Notes: generated from the sequence alone by a model not told the origin. Positions 12,301 to 26,500 are shown, counted from the whole stretch's first letter. The stretch is DNA of 62,450 nt, filler included, from Sluysia triapertura (GCA_046118255.1; 4 parts of 4 records of this genome joined end to end with filler, not necessarily neighbours in it), one strand, 5' to 3'. A program made the numbers and translations.

Positions 12301-13621
12301 GACAACACATAAAAACCTTAAAGATTTAGAGGAAGTTAGAATAAATTTCCACATTAATACATAAATTAACATACAAAAAATTTATAACAATTTCCTAACA
12401 GTATGTTTAAACAGGTAATGGTTTTAATAGATAGATGTGTGTTGTAATACTCAAGCATAATCAAAGTATATATCAAATTAAGATATCAGTCCAGACAGGT
12501 TACTGAAATCGGCATGTAACGTGCGGTTAACGTATGACGCATTGTGTTAAAAATTTTTATGGAAAAGAAATTTGGTATTCAATTAATTTTATGTTTAATT
12601 TAAGTTGATGAATTATTTGAATAGTAATAATGATGCTTAATTTTGATTTTGATATGTTAATAAGGTAAGGTGAGTGCTTGTCACAAATTCAATTTCCAAG
12701 ATCTAATTTCCTCAGTAATCCGACTACTATATAAACGATCACAATTTTAACATATATGAAGAAAAAATAAGTAACAAAACGACAGAAGGCATAAATGAAA
12801 AAAGCTTTGACTCCACTAGTTGTGATTAAAGCTTTATAATTAGTAACTTGACTAAATCGTAAAGTGATATGTTTTGGTATTATTAACGTGGTAGTTGGTC
12901 CACGTTGTAATTATATATTTATTTTGTTTAAAAACGGGCATTAATATTTCGTGTGTTTTGAGTATTTTATTTATTAACTGATTATATAAAGACATTGATT
13001 TATAATTGAGAATATTTATATTTGTTGATGGTTTTCCTTAATGCTAAACCTACGGCAAAATAAAATTAAACAGGGTTCGGTTACAGTAAGCGTCTTGCAA
13101 CTAAGAAATTTAAAATCGTGCTTGAACCTCTTGAGAATGTTACTTATGAGGGTCTTACACCGATTTATCAATAAATAAATAACAATGATTAACTTTTATT
13201 ATTATTATCAAAATAAACACTGATTTAATAATATAATAAATATAATGTAATTTATAATCAAACTTTCTAAAAATATGTGATTCAAATTAAAGTTTAATAA
13301 TCTAAAATTCTTCTCATTACATCGAGGATGAAAAAATAATTAAATAAAATATGTTAGAGTTAGATTCTAATATTTTCATCATCTCCGGGAAGATAAAAAT
13401 ACCTTATAAAAACAAATTACCGTAGACATTGATGATAAAATAGAATTTCAAAAATCCAGATATTGTGGTTGAATTAAATGCCAAGATAGAATAGTTTGAT
13501 ATTAACTACAAAAGCGACGATTAACTGTTTGAAGTATTAAATAGCTGACTAAATTTTTAAAGGTCGTTTTACTAACTAACTGAATAAAATTAAATGGCGA
13601 TTTTCATTAAACTGATGCTAG

Positions 13622-13721
13622 NNNNNNNNNNNNNNNNNNNNNNNNNNNNNNNNNNNNNNNNNNNNTTAATTAATTAANNNNNNNNNNNNNNNNNNNNNNN
13701 NNNNNNNNNNNNNNNNNNNNN
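13622..13721. other. Assembly gap with artificial TTAATTAATTAA linker
   Basis: 44 N + TTAATTAATTAA + 44 N, identical in all three gaps. Confidence 0.97.
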
Positions 13722-13780
<59 letters not shown>

Positions 13781-13795
13781 TAATAATAATAATAG
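13722..13795. repeat. (TAA)n microsatellite at contig end
   Basis: Direct reading. Confidence 0.95.
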
Positions 13796-15424
13796 TAATT
13801 GTAATAATTATAATGAATATAATGAAGCATCACTTATGGATGTTTCTTCGTTATATTTCGAGATTTGGGATGTTTCATAAATAATGAATAATTTTTATTT
13901 ATTAATTTACCAATCACAATTATGCATAAGTTTAGAATAATTTCCGAAGAGTGATTGTTTTCAAACATTTTTCTTATTGTTTTCTACCAGAGAATGATTC
14001 AATGAGGCAAAAGTTTCACTTATTATTCCAAATAAAGTCCTGAAGTAATTTAATGAAGCAGGAGCCTCAATTCATGTGAATTACATAATTAAATAAGTAA
14101 TATAATTACACATTGCAACAAATTATTAAAAAATAAAAGGCAAATAAAAATGCAAAAAATGATTCAAGCAATGATATCGAAAAAGACAAAAAAGCATAAA
14201 TAAGAAAAGAAAAAGGTCTATTTGTAAAACTGAAAAACGAGACATATTTTATTTATCTTCCCTTTTCTTTCTTCCTTTTTTGTTTGTTGATGTCTTTCCA
14301 TTATTTTCTATCCTCTTCTTCTTTTTAATAAACAAACCTTTCGTAACAATTACATGTCCCTCTTGCATGGCTGTGTGAATTATTGTATATCCTCCTAGAT
14401 ATTATTGTTCAGTTAAATGCAAGATAATATTTTACCCACAAAAGCATTTAATTTTGATGCCACTCTTATCCTTATTATACATAAAATTATCTTTCTGAGT
14501 TCATGCTAGTTTCTCATATCAGTATCAGAGATTGATCGCGAAGAATTTCAGCCAGATTGGAGTAATAAAACTAGGAAATGGAATGGTATATTATTTCTAT
14601 TCGAAATATTATGGTGTATTATTTCTTAAACGGTACTTCCCAATATTTCTAAACAATTAGTAATTTTATAATAATGATAATAAATATAACATTTAAATTT
14701 TATTCAAAAATTACAAATAGAAATAAGAAAATTCCTAATTTTTAACAATTTCAAATCTAAATCCATAAAACACTCAATAAAACTCTTAATTTTAATCACG
14801 CAATATCATCTATAAACTCACTTCATATTCACACATTTAGATAATCAAATAACACAATTTCACAGACATTCCATATGTCGCATTATTTAACTCACTCACA
14901 AAATTCAACAAATTCAAAAATGATACCTAAAACCCAAATTCTAGTTAGAAAATGACTCAATAGTGAAACATACACAATTTTCAACTCTTAAAAAACACTC
15001 ATAAAAATTTGTAATCTTAATCACACATTCAGAAATCATCAAACAGTATCTTACAATCGATTAACTCACAACATTATTCATTAAATTAATTTGTTCTTAA
15101 ACCATTCAATAATAATATTGTATTAAACATTTTGACTATACATAGTCTAGCCGTACAAATCAATAACAAAGAATCAATTGAATAATCAGTAAAACAACTA
15201 TTCTGTGATACATCGAAGTTGTTAGGAAAAAGAAAAGAGAAAAAGCTCAGCTAGCATTCGGCAGAGGCTTCAAAGCTATGTCTAGTGAAAGGAGTGGTAC
15301 AGTGAGATAAATGAAAATATTATTTCAAGAAGAATATTCAGAAATTGATAATAATAATAATAATATCAAAACCACTTTACTACACCCGGTATTGATTATT
15401 TGTTACAAAAAATGAATTGCATAA

Positions 15425-15475
15425 ACTATTATGTAATTTATGCCTGACAAACCAATGAAATGCGAATTAGCTACA
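15425..15475 (+). mobile_element. Possible piggyBac transposase remnant
   Basis: TIM*FMPDKPMKCEL resembles the QY(M/I)PxKPxKYG(I/L)K motif, but the match is very short. Confidence 0.3.
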
Positions 15476-16659
15476 TCAGTGCTACTTCACATAAGTGTGA
15501 GATAAATGTGTCGGATAAAAAATTAAAGTGTTACCAAACAAAAGTAAAAGTATTTATTCATTAAATCTGAAAAGTAAAAATATTTAGTAACATTGTCAGT
15601 AAAGCAGACACAGCAACAGTGGCATCAATTGAAAGATTTCAGCTTGAAAGTGCAATTAATATAAATTGTTCAGTTAGATGTACTCCTGATGACTTATTAG
15701 AAAAGACACCAAGTCATTTGATAAATTACCAAATTAAAGATTTAATTAATATAAAAAGTTCAGTTAAACTTTTCATGAAGTAGTTAGTGAAGCATATATC
15801 AAGTGTGTTTTTTGTGTTATATTATTTACACATTACTATTCAATTTTATTCTTGTTGTTTTCTTTTAAGGTGGATCTTTATCCCAATGATATAAAAGTTA
15901 TAATTTTGCGCTTTTCTCTGAATAAAATCGAATTTAACAATATTTTAACAATAGAAAATAAAATTAAGTGGCATGAATTAAAGCATGGGATGGAAGTTGA
16001 AATAAACCAACTTACAATTTAATTAAATTTTCATGTACGCTAATTCATTGAAATGTTTTTACTAGACTTTATTAGATTTTATACTGTCAAATAATGATAG
16101 TACAATAATGAGATTCTTCAGAAAATTACAGTTAAGTATTAATAAAATCTTTTTATTTCCATACAGTGAAAAGTAATTCTAATTTGAAACTAAAACATAT
16201 TCATATTTATACACTAGAGGATTGAAATACGTCATCTATGATTTCATAAGTCAGTCATAACAATTTCAGGTACATTTTGAATTTTTCAAACAGCGCAGTT
16301 AAAGTACATTCAAAATTAATTCAATCCATTCGGCTTAACATCATTTCATTTTTAATACGTACATCAAAAGTTCTAACAAAACATTCATAATCATTAGTTC
16401 ACAAAACTGGTATCTGGACTACTTCAATTATCAAAGTTCACTAAAATGTTTTTAGTATTGAAATAAATAAAACAGCTATAAACTGTCAATAATATAAATA
16501 AATATTGAACAATTAACAATCAACCTTCTTCAGTTAATATTGTTAATACAAATTACTCGATAAATCAAAATCCAGGTTCCCTCGAAAATAAAAATTAACA
16601 GAGGATTTTCTCAAAAACTATTTAAACTTATAAATTAATATAATAAACAATAAAAATCG

Positions 16660-17130
16660 TTACTGATCTAACATAGATTATCTAACTTGCGTAAAAATTT
16701 CAAATAATTGAATAATTTTTCATTAATCAATCAATCTTCAGTTTTCCAATCAAATATTATGTTACTCAAATAATCAGAAACTCCTTTGACAATTACGCTG
16801 TACAGACTGTCAAATTTTATTAGGTATTATTTTCTTTTACTCTACTCGACGTACTTTACTTAAATTACTTCTCACAAATTCAGTTGCGCATATCAAATTT
16901 CTAATGGAAAATGTTTAAGGCTGTCATTCTCATAATAAACCATTCCATAAACATTTCAAATTCATTTCTAGATTCTCATCCTTCATAGCAATCACCACAT
17001 ATTCAATTCATTAACCTTTTGAAAAAATTAACATTATATTAAAGCTTTTCTCGCATGTGCTCAGTCACTCCATACCTTTTTTGAAATAAAAATGTACAGT
17101 CTCGAACTTGTCATAGCATTCTGTATTATA
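16660..17130 (-). mobile_element. Repeat family A, internal fragment
   Basis: Homologous blocks TACAGACTGTCAAA, CTAATGGAAAATGTTTAAG, GCATGTGCTCAGTCA. Confidence 0.6.
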
Positions 17131-17555
17131 ATTTAAAGACTACCCGAAGAACAATGTATTGAAATGTCAGATTTATTGGGTATGGGTATTCGTTTCTACA
17201 AAATTACTCACGAAACCACCATCAAAGATTGCTTCAGTTAAACAAAATATCTGATATTTTCTCTAATTTTTTATTTTATTACAATTTAAAATATGGTGCT
17301 TACTTTTGTTTAAATTAATTTCAATAATTAATCAACATTGCTTAGTTTGATTGAATAAAATATTTTGCTTATATATTTTAAATAATGCACGATATTCTTA
17401 GGATTTTAAACAAAAGTATAAAAGGTATAACAAAATTTATAAAAGATAATCATGAAATTATTTAAAATTTAATAAAACTATAACAAGGATATAAAGTAAT
17501 ATATAAATATTTGAAATACTTATTTTTGCAATTAAATAATAATAATTTTATTTAG

Positions 17556-17666
17556 CTGGTACAATGTCGATATGTCTAAAGCTTGGAACTATCAATACGG
17601 TCGTGGTAAAGGTTGTACAATGATTTTAAATGGATGTTATGAGTACATGAAAACTCAGAGAGCTAA
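17556..17666 (+). CDS. Isolated exon of a leishmanolysin-like (invadolysin, peptidase M8) gene
   Basis: tttag|C TGG...GCT AA|gtaat bounds a 111-nt open exon reading WYNVDMSKAWNYQYGRGKGCTMILNGCYEYMKTQRAK. This resembles the LMLN segment WY....A....GRG.GC.....C. No other exons were found in the window. Confidence 0.65.
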
Positions 17667-18384
17667 GTAATAAATCATATTAATATTATAATAAATTATA
17701 TAACTAATTAATAATAATTATTTAAATAAACAACCCTGTGATTCCCCACAGGCATAAGAAAATTCTTAATCTCTAACCATTTTATATCACAATTCATAAA
17801 AAATTCAGCAAAACCCTTATTAAGCTTGATTAACCAATCTAATTTCACAAAACACATACAATTATGATACCTGTATCAACATTCTAAATACAAAAGGACT
17901 CACTAATGAAGTATAAACACCTTTTAACTCATAAAGCACTCAGCAATTACGCATACTGAGATCATTAACTAGTTTTTTATGCATTCTTTTATGTACTCTT
18001 ATTAATTAATTCACAATGTTATTTAATAAACCATTCAATTCCAACATTGTAGCGGATATTTCTATCCTACAGATCATCCTCATCCTCTAACTTTTTATAT
18101 TTCCGAGAGTTTCAACACCAGATTCAGATTATATTTTTGCTGAAGATCATGTATGAAGGAAAATAATTCTTTTACTTTAAAAATAATAAATACAATAATG
18201 ATCGGTAAAAAATAGTCAATAAGTTTTTTCATAATCCTCACAATATTGAAATTGGTTTGACAACAAATGAAATATGAAATGCCACATTTAATTGGAGCAA
18301 ACAAAATAATTTTGGTGTCATTAAATTTGACAAATGTAGAATTTGCCAACAAATGTAAAACTTTGCAAAATTTTCACATCTACT

Positions 18385-18800
18385 ATGATTGGTAGAATTG
18401 AGTGTGATATACCTGTATCGAAATTCAAATCAGGATGCATCGGCAAAACATCTCTAATAACCCATTCTATGCATGATAATTTCGATGGTACGTATTAAAG
18501 ACGATATATCCGGAAGAACTTTCAACTCGATTGCTATTTTGTGACATTGCTGGTCAAAAAAGATTTCGAACTTTAATGCCAAGTTTCATGCGGGATTCGT
18601 CAGAGTCAGCTTTTTTATGTTAATACAAATCACGACGTGGATTGACGATGTTTGTATAGAAACTGGTATTACTATGAGGTTGATTGAGAATAAGACTGAT
18701 CTTGCTGATTACGGGAAGAGTCTACTGATGCAGAGAAGAAACTCACGAGTTAAATGTTACTTTTACAGAACATTTAGGTACAACGATAATTATTCCGTAG
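18385..18800 (+). pseudogene. RAB6: Rab6-like small GTPase pseudogene
   Basis: PVSKFK..GCIGKTSLITHSMHDNFDGTY*, then CDIAGQKRFRTLMPSFMRDSS, then TWIDDVCIETG..LIENKTDLAD. These are the Rab6-specific GKTSLITRFMYDSF, DTAGQERFRSLIPSYIRDS, WIDDV and NKTDLAD blocks, with deletions, a stop and frameshifts. Confidence 0.85.
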
Positions 18801-20322
18801 AATAGCTACTGGATTGTCAACTAGAAAAAGCAACAATTCAACGTGAAGATTATCGAGATACTGATCATGAAATAAGAATAGATCATCGTAATCATTGCTT
18901 AATCATCTAAGTGAATTTTTTAATGAGAGTCATAATTTATGCTTCTTACAATTTTTATCGTGTTGATTCATTCAAATTAATCGTCGTTTTTGCCCTTTTT
19001 TACAGTAAATCTAAACTATAATAAAGTAATTCAAATTTTACATCTAGGAGAGGGGAAAATGAATTTTCTATAAATGACAATGAATTTAATTTTGTTTTAT
19101 GAGACTCAAATTTGGATGGGAGTGGAATAAACTTTGCCCGATTCTTACAATCTGGTATTCATTTGCAAGTAAATCTAAGCCAAAACCCAGGGCTAATTTT
19201 GATCTTTTTAAGCTTAAGATCAAACTTAATTAAAATTACAGTAATTAAATCAATTATATTTAATATATTAATGATTAGAAAAAGATTCTTTTGTGTTGCA
19301 CATTCATGTATTGATGAAGTTTATGTTTTTGCACACTGTCAAGTAATTCTAAATTACATCAAGTACATCCTCACTACTATATTAAGAGAATGAAATACAA
19401 TAACAATTACTTCATATTCTCCTTATGAAAGCATTAAGTAATATGTTCGAGGCACATTCAAATTCAATAATTCCCAATACCGTTATTTTTGAAAACATTC
19501 GCTCGCTGCATAAATCTTTAACTACACAAAAATGACAATAATTATTAACTATCTACTTCATTTTTACTCCTGATCGATCCAGGTAATCCGACAAATGTTT
19601 TGGTAAATTCTCATGTTTAGTTATTTCATTTAAATTTTTAAAATCTAAACAAAAATTTATTGATTTAATACTGCAATTAAAGGTGTGGACTGATTTACTA
19701 ATCATTTCGTACACTGGAAACTCAAGGATTGGTTAGTGGTTTACTTTAAGATACTTAAAGATAAATTTGTTTATAAACTTCAAAAAGCTTCAATTAGTTT
19801 TCTAACATTTACTATTAAAAATATTAAAATTGTTAAATTCTATAATATTTAGAAACTTGAAACTCATCCTTAATTTGTTCAGTTTTGATTATCATTTCGA
19901 ATACAAATCGTGAATAAAAATATTTAAAAACTACCTTTTATATCTCAAAACTAAGAATTAATGTTTAACCATCTAAGCATGGGTCACATCAAGAAGTGTT
20001 TTTGCATAACTTTCGCGAGAGTCGAATAGTATCGATAAGCGTTCTGATGAATTTACTTGTTTTAATAGCCGAATAAAGCTTGTTGTCATTGCTGTTTGTT
20101 TACGTTAGCGCTTGGCTACATCATTTGTATACAGTATGATAGGATATTGTAAACTTGTTTGTATCACGTCCTAAATTATTATTTTGGGGTATTATGATAA
20201 TTTTTAAATTTAATTAATTTTATTAAATTAATAAATTTATAATATTTGTTTTAAAAAGATTAAAATAACGAACTATAAATATATTACAAAACTAGTTATA
20301 GAAAAATTGAAAAATTGTTTTA

Positions 20323-21290
20323 TTAAATGAAATAGTTTGTGTCTGAGTATGCCGCGTGCCACACATCACTTAGATTTCTAAAAACAAATATAAACGCACA
20401 AACCTCATCATTATAAGTTATGATTCGAAATATGAAAATATAATTTACTTTAAAATAATTTTTGTTGTCAAAGTATTTCTGTGTTGACAATTTAATTTCG
20501 GACTGACCACTTTTTGCACTGACTCCAGAATTTGGTACTAAATCATATAATCCGTGTGCATAGAGACAAAGTTTTCCATACTTTATGCATTGGCCTGTTA
20601 TTGTAGTCTCATACATGCACAATGCGGATTTCATATAACGTGATTTATCGTCGTCTTGTTTTTTATTAAACTTTATTGCGTGCTTATCATCACTTATCAC
20701 AATACCTGATTTTGAATGAGCATCAGTAGCCGATAAAACTTGATTATTACTAATTAGTCCAATAGAAGTATTAGGCGTTTGAATTAAAGTTGAAATTGAA
20801 TGGCCAGTTCGTGCTACGTTTAGAACAACACCGTGAGCGATATTTGAACTAGAAGAATCAGGTAAGACCGCTGCGTTGCTAATATCAGTATTAGTTATTG
20901 GTAACGAACTACGTTGGCATAAAGAATATTGTAGTTGTTGTTCCATTAAGCGGCATTTATTTTCTAATTAAACATTTTTATTTCTTTTACTTAACTCATC
21001 TAGATATTCGACAGCTTTTAGTAACATAATTGGAGGGGATACTTCATTATTTCTCAAAGTTGGAATACCCTCACATGATTCTGTAAAACTACTTTTCTTT
21101 ATCTTTCTAATTGATTAAAGTAATTCTTTCTCAATCCACTATCACCTGATAAATCATCAAGCATATTTGACCCTGAATACGTATGAGTTTGAAGATGATC
21201 GTCATCGTCATAGTAATCTTCATAATCATAATCGTCATTATCATACTCGTAGTCAAAAGTGTTTGAATCTTTATATTTCTTGTTAGACAT
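20323..21290 (-). pseudogene. Max-like bHLH-Zip followed by a TIS11-type CCCH zinc finger (disrupted)
   Basis: Acidic N-terminus, then RKNYFNQLER*RK / SFTESCEGIPTLRNNEVS / IMLLKAVEYLDELSKRNK / LENKCRLMEQQL, colinear with the Max bHLHZ. The last frame continues open into RYMKSALCMYETTITGQCIKYGKLCLYAHGLYDL (CCCH). Confidence 0.7.
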
Positions 21291-22455
21291 TAAGAATATC
21301 AAAACTTGTTTATAATCTAATTTTAGTTTAAAATTCTAAAAATCTTTGACTGAAAGGATTGTATATAATTTTTAAAATGTTTTTCTCATCAAACTAAATA
21401 ATTGAGTTTTAATTAAATTAGTTGCGTAACTATGCTCAGAATAGTGCAATTGGATGGCCAATAACAGAGACTATTGAAAAATACTTAACACAAGTACAAT
21501 ATATAAAACTAATTAGTGTAAATTCTAAACACCAATTAAATTTGATTTAATCACTTTACATGAATGTGCCCACAAAGCAAAACAATTGTAATTATGACAG
21601 AAATTATGAAGAAAACTGTCAATCAATGAATTGATATAATTTAAATGCTGTCCAAAATGACAGCTAAAATAATTATATACTTAATTAAATCGAATGTTGC
21701 TAGTGATAATGCAAAACGATATTGATAAGGAGAATAATGTGGATAATAATTAATAATAATTGTAGTGTTTCAACCACGCACTATAATCACATCGTCTGTC
21801 TCATACATAAATTCACACAACTCATAATTCAAGCCTACACAATCACATATAAAATATTTTCTACATATCACCACTTCAACTTACGCAATACAAAAATCCT
21901 ACACTAAAATATATTTAAATTATTAACAGTTAAATTTGCCAGAAATTATATTACACCACATGAAAGTCACACATTATTAATTCATTGTAAAACTCCAAGC
22001 CACAAAATCTGGTAATAAAATCAAGCTAACTTGATTAAATTATATTTAAATACGTAAATATTATGCCATTTGTTGTATCAGTCCTCATAATCGCCATTAC
22101 GAGCTATCTTCTTTTATTTATTTATGTATCGATTTCAAGTACAGAGCCACAGAGATTCCGGGCTCAATGTGTTAAATGATCAACTTTTTCGTAAAATTAC
22201 GTTTTTTGTCAAAAAAATGTTTCTTATATTAAAAGTAAGTTTTAATTAAAATTTACCTATTAATTAAAAATTATATTTTAATTAAAAATTATATTTTAAT
22301 TAAAATTTTGTTTTAATTTCCGCATTAATTTCTTTTATTATAATTATAATTTCAATTTCATTTTTAATTTTAACATTAATTTTAATTTTAAAATTGTATT
22401 TTATATTTCAATTTTTATTTTTATATTTTTTTATATTCCAAAAAAATACTATATA

Positions 22456-23518
22456 ATGATTTTCTGCAATTTTCTAAAAAATATATTCGGATTATTGCTC
22501 AGATGATGTATATTCACGATAAAAATTATTGAGACTTTAATTTCAAATATTATGAGTTTTCTTATGCAATGTTAAACAGATTCAGAATAGATCAAACACT
22601 GTTATAGATCAAACAATTTTCAGCAATAACGTCGTTAAAGATGAAACACTTCTAGAATTAACGTTGACAGAGATGAAACATTTATTTGCGATTATGTTTT
22701 TACAGACGAAACTTTTCTCACATTGGAATCCGTGAAGGGTTCTACACTAATTCAAAATATTTTTAGAAACATTAGTAATTTTGAAAATTGTTCTCAACTA
22801 GTTAGACTAATGTTTTGTAAAACTGTTCATTACATTTGTTATACTTTAAATAATCAAGTTATACGCAGCACATTGTTTAATGACTTAAGACATTGTGTTA
22901 ATTTAAAATATTATTATGAACGTTCTCAAAGTGTATTATTTACTGAATTTCCTTGTTTATTTTTCGAAAGATTCAAATAAATAGTTATATAGTTAAATGT
23001 TTAAAATCCGTTGCACATTTGACGACTATTATGAGTCATCCGACACTAAGTATATCGACTGCACCGTCTTTGAACAATAAAACACAAAGACTACTTAAAA
23101 TTTGAATTCACGTGAATTAATCGCTAAAAGAGTATATACATATGAAGTGTTGAAAGAAAAGACTTGTATATTTATGCAACAAACTTTTCAACGGTTAATG
23201 ACGTCAGTTAGAGGATACTATATGATTATGTTTTATTTAGAATCTTTTAAGTTATCATGCTTTAGCATAGACGCGTCATATAATATCGATGAGTTTGTAA
23301 CTAACTTATTTATGAGACAAGTAGATCGCTCAGAGAATATGTGGCATGTTGCGCGAGACGTTCCTGATTTTCGAGACATGACTTTTCAAATTGAACGTGG
23401 TCCTTTATATTATCAAATGGACATTGTTTGTTATTTTATCTATAATTTTCTTTCTGTTGCTGTTATTTTTGTAATTCGCATAATATATGGAGAGTTTTTA
23501 TATTATCAAGGACATTAA
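22456..23518 (+). pseudogene. Broken coding-like region, unknown family, with a C-terminal hydrophobic segment
   Basis: Consecutive same-strand ORFs (22723-22980, 23102-23518) in a less AT-rich island flanked by very AT-rich DNA; no motif recognised. Confidence 0.4.
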
Positions 23519-26500
23519 GTCCACCTTTATAAAGATAAATATTTTAATACTTTTTTAAATTTAATAATGTTTGTTGTAAATTAATGTATCGTATAATAAT
23601 TTATGAAGTATTAAACAATAAACCATTAAACATAATAACATTAAAAATGTCTTACAAGATCTTTTCCAAACATATCATTTTTTATCCAAACTTATTTTAC
23701 AAAACATATTTTAATTAATTCAATTATCATTTTTATAATTTAAAATATATTTTAAGTTTTTTATATCTAAAAATATCGTGCATAAAAGACAATGTCTGGT
23801 TATCAACATTCTTATCTGTTTATTACAATTATTATCATTAGCATTATTATTATTATTATTATCACTAATTACATTATTACATATTATTATCAATTTTATT
23901 TATTTCTATAATTATTTTTATTATTAGTTTTAATATTTTTTATTATTAATTATAATTAATAGTTTTTATTATTAATTTCATAATTTCCATGAATTTTTAT
24001 CATCATCATTATTATTTATTTATTTAATTTTTAAATTACTATTAAATTGCAATATTAATTTAATTTTAGATCCAGACTTTACAGATTATTTTATCTTAGA
24101 TTCAAAAAGTAATACGAATAGGTTTAAATCAAATATTATTATATATCCTGACTCTTAAGAACCTTAAGGCGTTCATTGATGCATCTGACTGTAATTAAAG
24201 AATTAGGTATATTTTAATAAAAATTATATTCAGATTTTGTTGCATTTTAAACGAATACAATGAGGTTTTAAAGTTCGACTCTAAGTCTAGTCATGAAATT
24301 TTAATAATTAAATCCTATAGTTTAATTTGAAAATAATTTATATTGAAATTGAGTTTATAATTCATGAAATTAATATTTTTCGAGTTTAAGGTTGCTAGTT
24401 ACATCAATTTAATTTTAAACTAATTTAATTTAATTTTAAATTCAACTAACATGCTTTATATTTCGTCGAGTCAATTACAACATTAAATTATGTTAGTAAT
24501 TAATTAATTCTCTCGTATCGTAATCACAATGATTATCGAAATTCATTACGTCCTTCTCATTATCTAACTTTAGTCAACAATTCTTTAATTTTTAATTTTT
24601 AATCTTTAATTTTAGACACAAACTTTGTGAAATCATTGGCGTAATGAATATTAATTTTCTTTATAAACAGTCATCGACTATCGTGATTCATATAAGCAGA
24701 ATATCTTACTTGGTACAATGTGTGAATAAACAGTTTATCAAAATCTAAATAACTACTTATAACGACTACGTTTTGTCACTTAGATTTCTTGTTCTACGTA
24801 ATAATTGCTTCATATATATTCCTCTCATAAGAATACTTATTGACACTAAATTACTAGCTTATCAATTCACTAAATCTGATTGTTATATTTTCTATTTATA
24901 GAAGCTTCAATATTTCTTATCAATTTACCACATAACTTATCCTCATTAAACATTTTCATACCACAAGATAACAATACTTCAAAAAGTTCATACCGCAAAA
25001 TAGCCATCACAAAATTCATATTGAAAATGCAACTAGTGCATTATTTTTGTATTACGTTATCGTGGCTCTATGTACTTTTAGATTTAGTCAAAGTTGGAAT
25101 AGATTTGAGAATATTATTGAAAGAATAAGGTAAAATGATGGATTATGTTTGTTAATGGGATATATATGTAAAATATTTAAATAAAAATAAAAAAGGACAA
25201 TCAAATTAAATTTTGATTTTGTTATTTTCATAAGATAATGGAATTGCTTGTTGTTTTTGGATAATAAATTGGAAGTGGACGAATTTTAATTACTAAAATT
25301 GATCGGCTTATAACCGACTCAAAAGAATAAATGATTAAATAAAGTAATTACTTTTAAATTCCCATTTTTAATCTTCTAAGCAATTAATGGTATTTGTGTT
25401 AAATATCAAAATACAAATAGCCTGATAAATTACTTAAAAATTATTTTAAAGTGATAAATGTTTGTAAAATATAGCAAAGAAGATCTAGTACTATGCTAAT
25501 TAATCACATCAATCATTATCAAAATGTTGAAAACTGATTGCATTAGTTTGAGAAAGGCTTTTCGGCATAAGTGAATTCAAAGCGATTGAGTGTATTTTGA
25601 TGATGTGTCGTTTACGGATACCAAATTAATGAGAGTGTGATTAAGAAACTGATATATAAGTAATTTCAATGTTTATTGGTATTAATCAATGTGAGTTATA
25701 ACGATTATATAAAATAATAGAACAATAGAAACACGGTAGAACAATAGTGATAAAAGAAACACTAACAATGATGGTGTGTAAAGACGCATGAATAGTTGTT
25801 TGTGTTATGGTTATATTGTTATTTTGTAGAGTATATTAAGTTATTGTTAAGTATAATGTTTTTAAGAGATGATAGTTTGGGTCCTATTATTATTCGTTTG
25901 TTTTCTTAGCGTTGCAATATTAAAAGGTTATACGGTTTCAGTGACCAATCCAACATATGAAAAATAATTCAATTTTCACAAAGGTTATTCCAATTTTATT
26001 GAAAACTTTTAATAATTGATTAAATCGTCAAAAAAAAGTATCGGTTGTATTACTTCATCTGAAACGTTACTTTTAAATAATTACGGATTTGTATCAAATA
26101 TCAAAGTTGATTGTAAAAGAGTTTCACAACAAATAAATACCATATGGTTATAAGATTATGAAATATCTAAGAAAAAAGCAAAGTTCTTACTGTTTCAGAA
26201 AAATTATAGTTAATGATTTATTTTAAGCGCTTTTTAGTAGGTATTAGTTGGTGTAAATTAGTAATGTTGGGTGTAATTGTGATTTGTATGTTGTGGAATT
26301 GTGGGTATGGATTGATTTTAGTAGGTATGTAAGAGATGAATGTATGAGTGTTAGAGTGTGATGAAAAGAAAAAAATACTAGTTTTTAGTAAAATTTTAAT
26401 GGTTGTAAAGTTGGCCACCACAAAAATAACTTGAATAATTATTCTTGCCGATTAATTCAAACTAATTAATTTGTTTGTTTCCGTGGAATTAAATACCAAA

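Noticed and set aside
5191-13621. Inverted 30-mers bracketing the otopetrin-like gene as TIRs of an 8.4-kb Pack element
   Set aside because: The left copy is part of a small insertion inside repeat A, which continues on both sides, and the right copy is cut by a gap. Two dispersed copies of a palindromic repeat explain it better.
13666-13677. TTAATTAATTAA motif repeated three times inside N runs
   Set aside because: Identical N44-12mer-N44 design with stops in all six frames. It is an assembly linker, so adjacency across gaps is not guaranteed.
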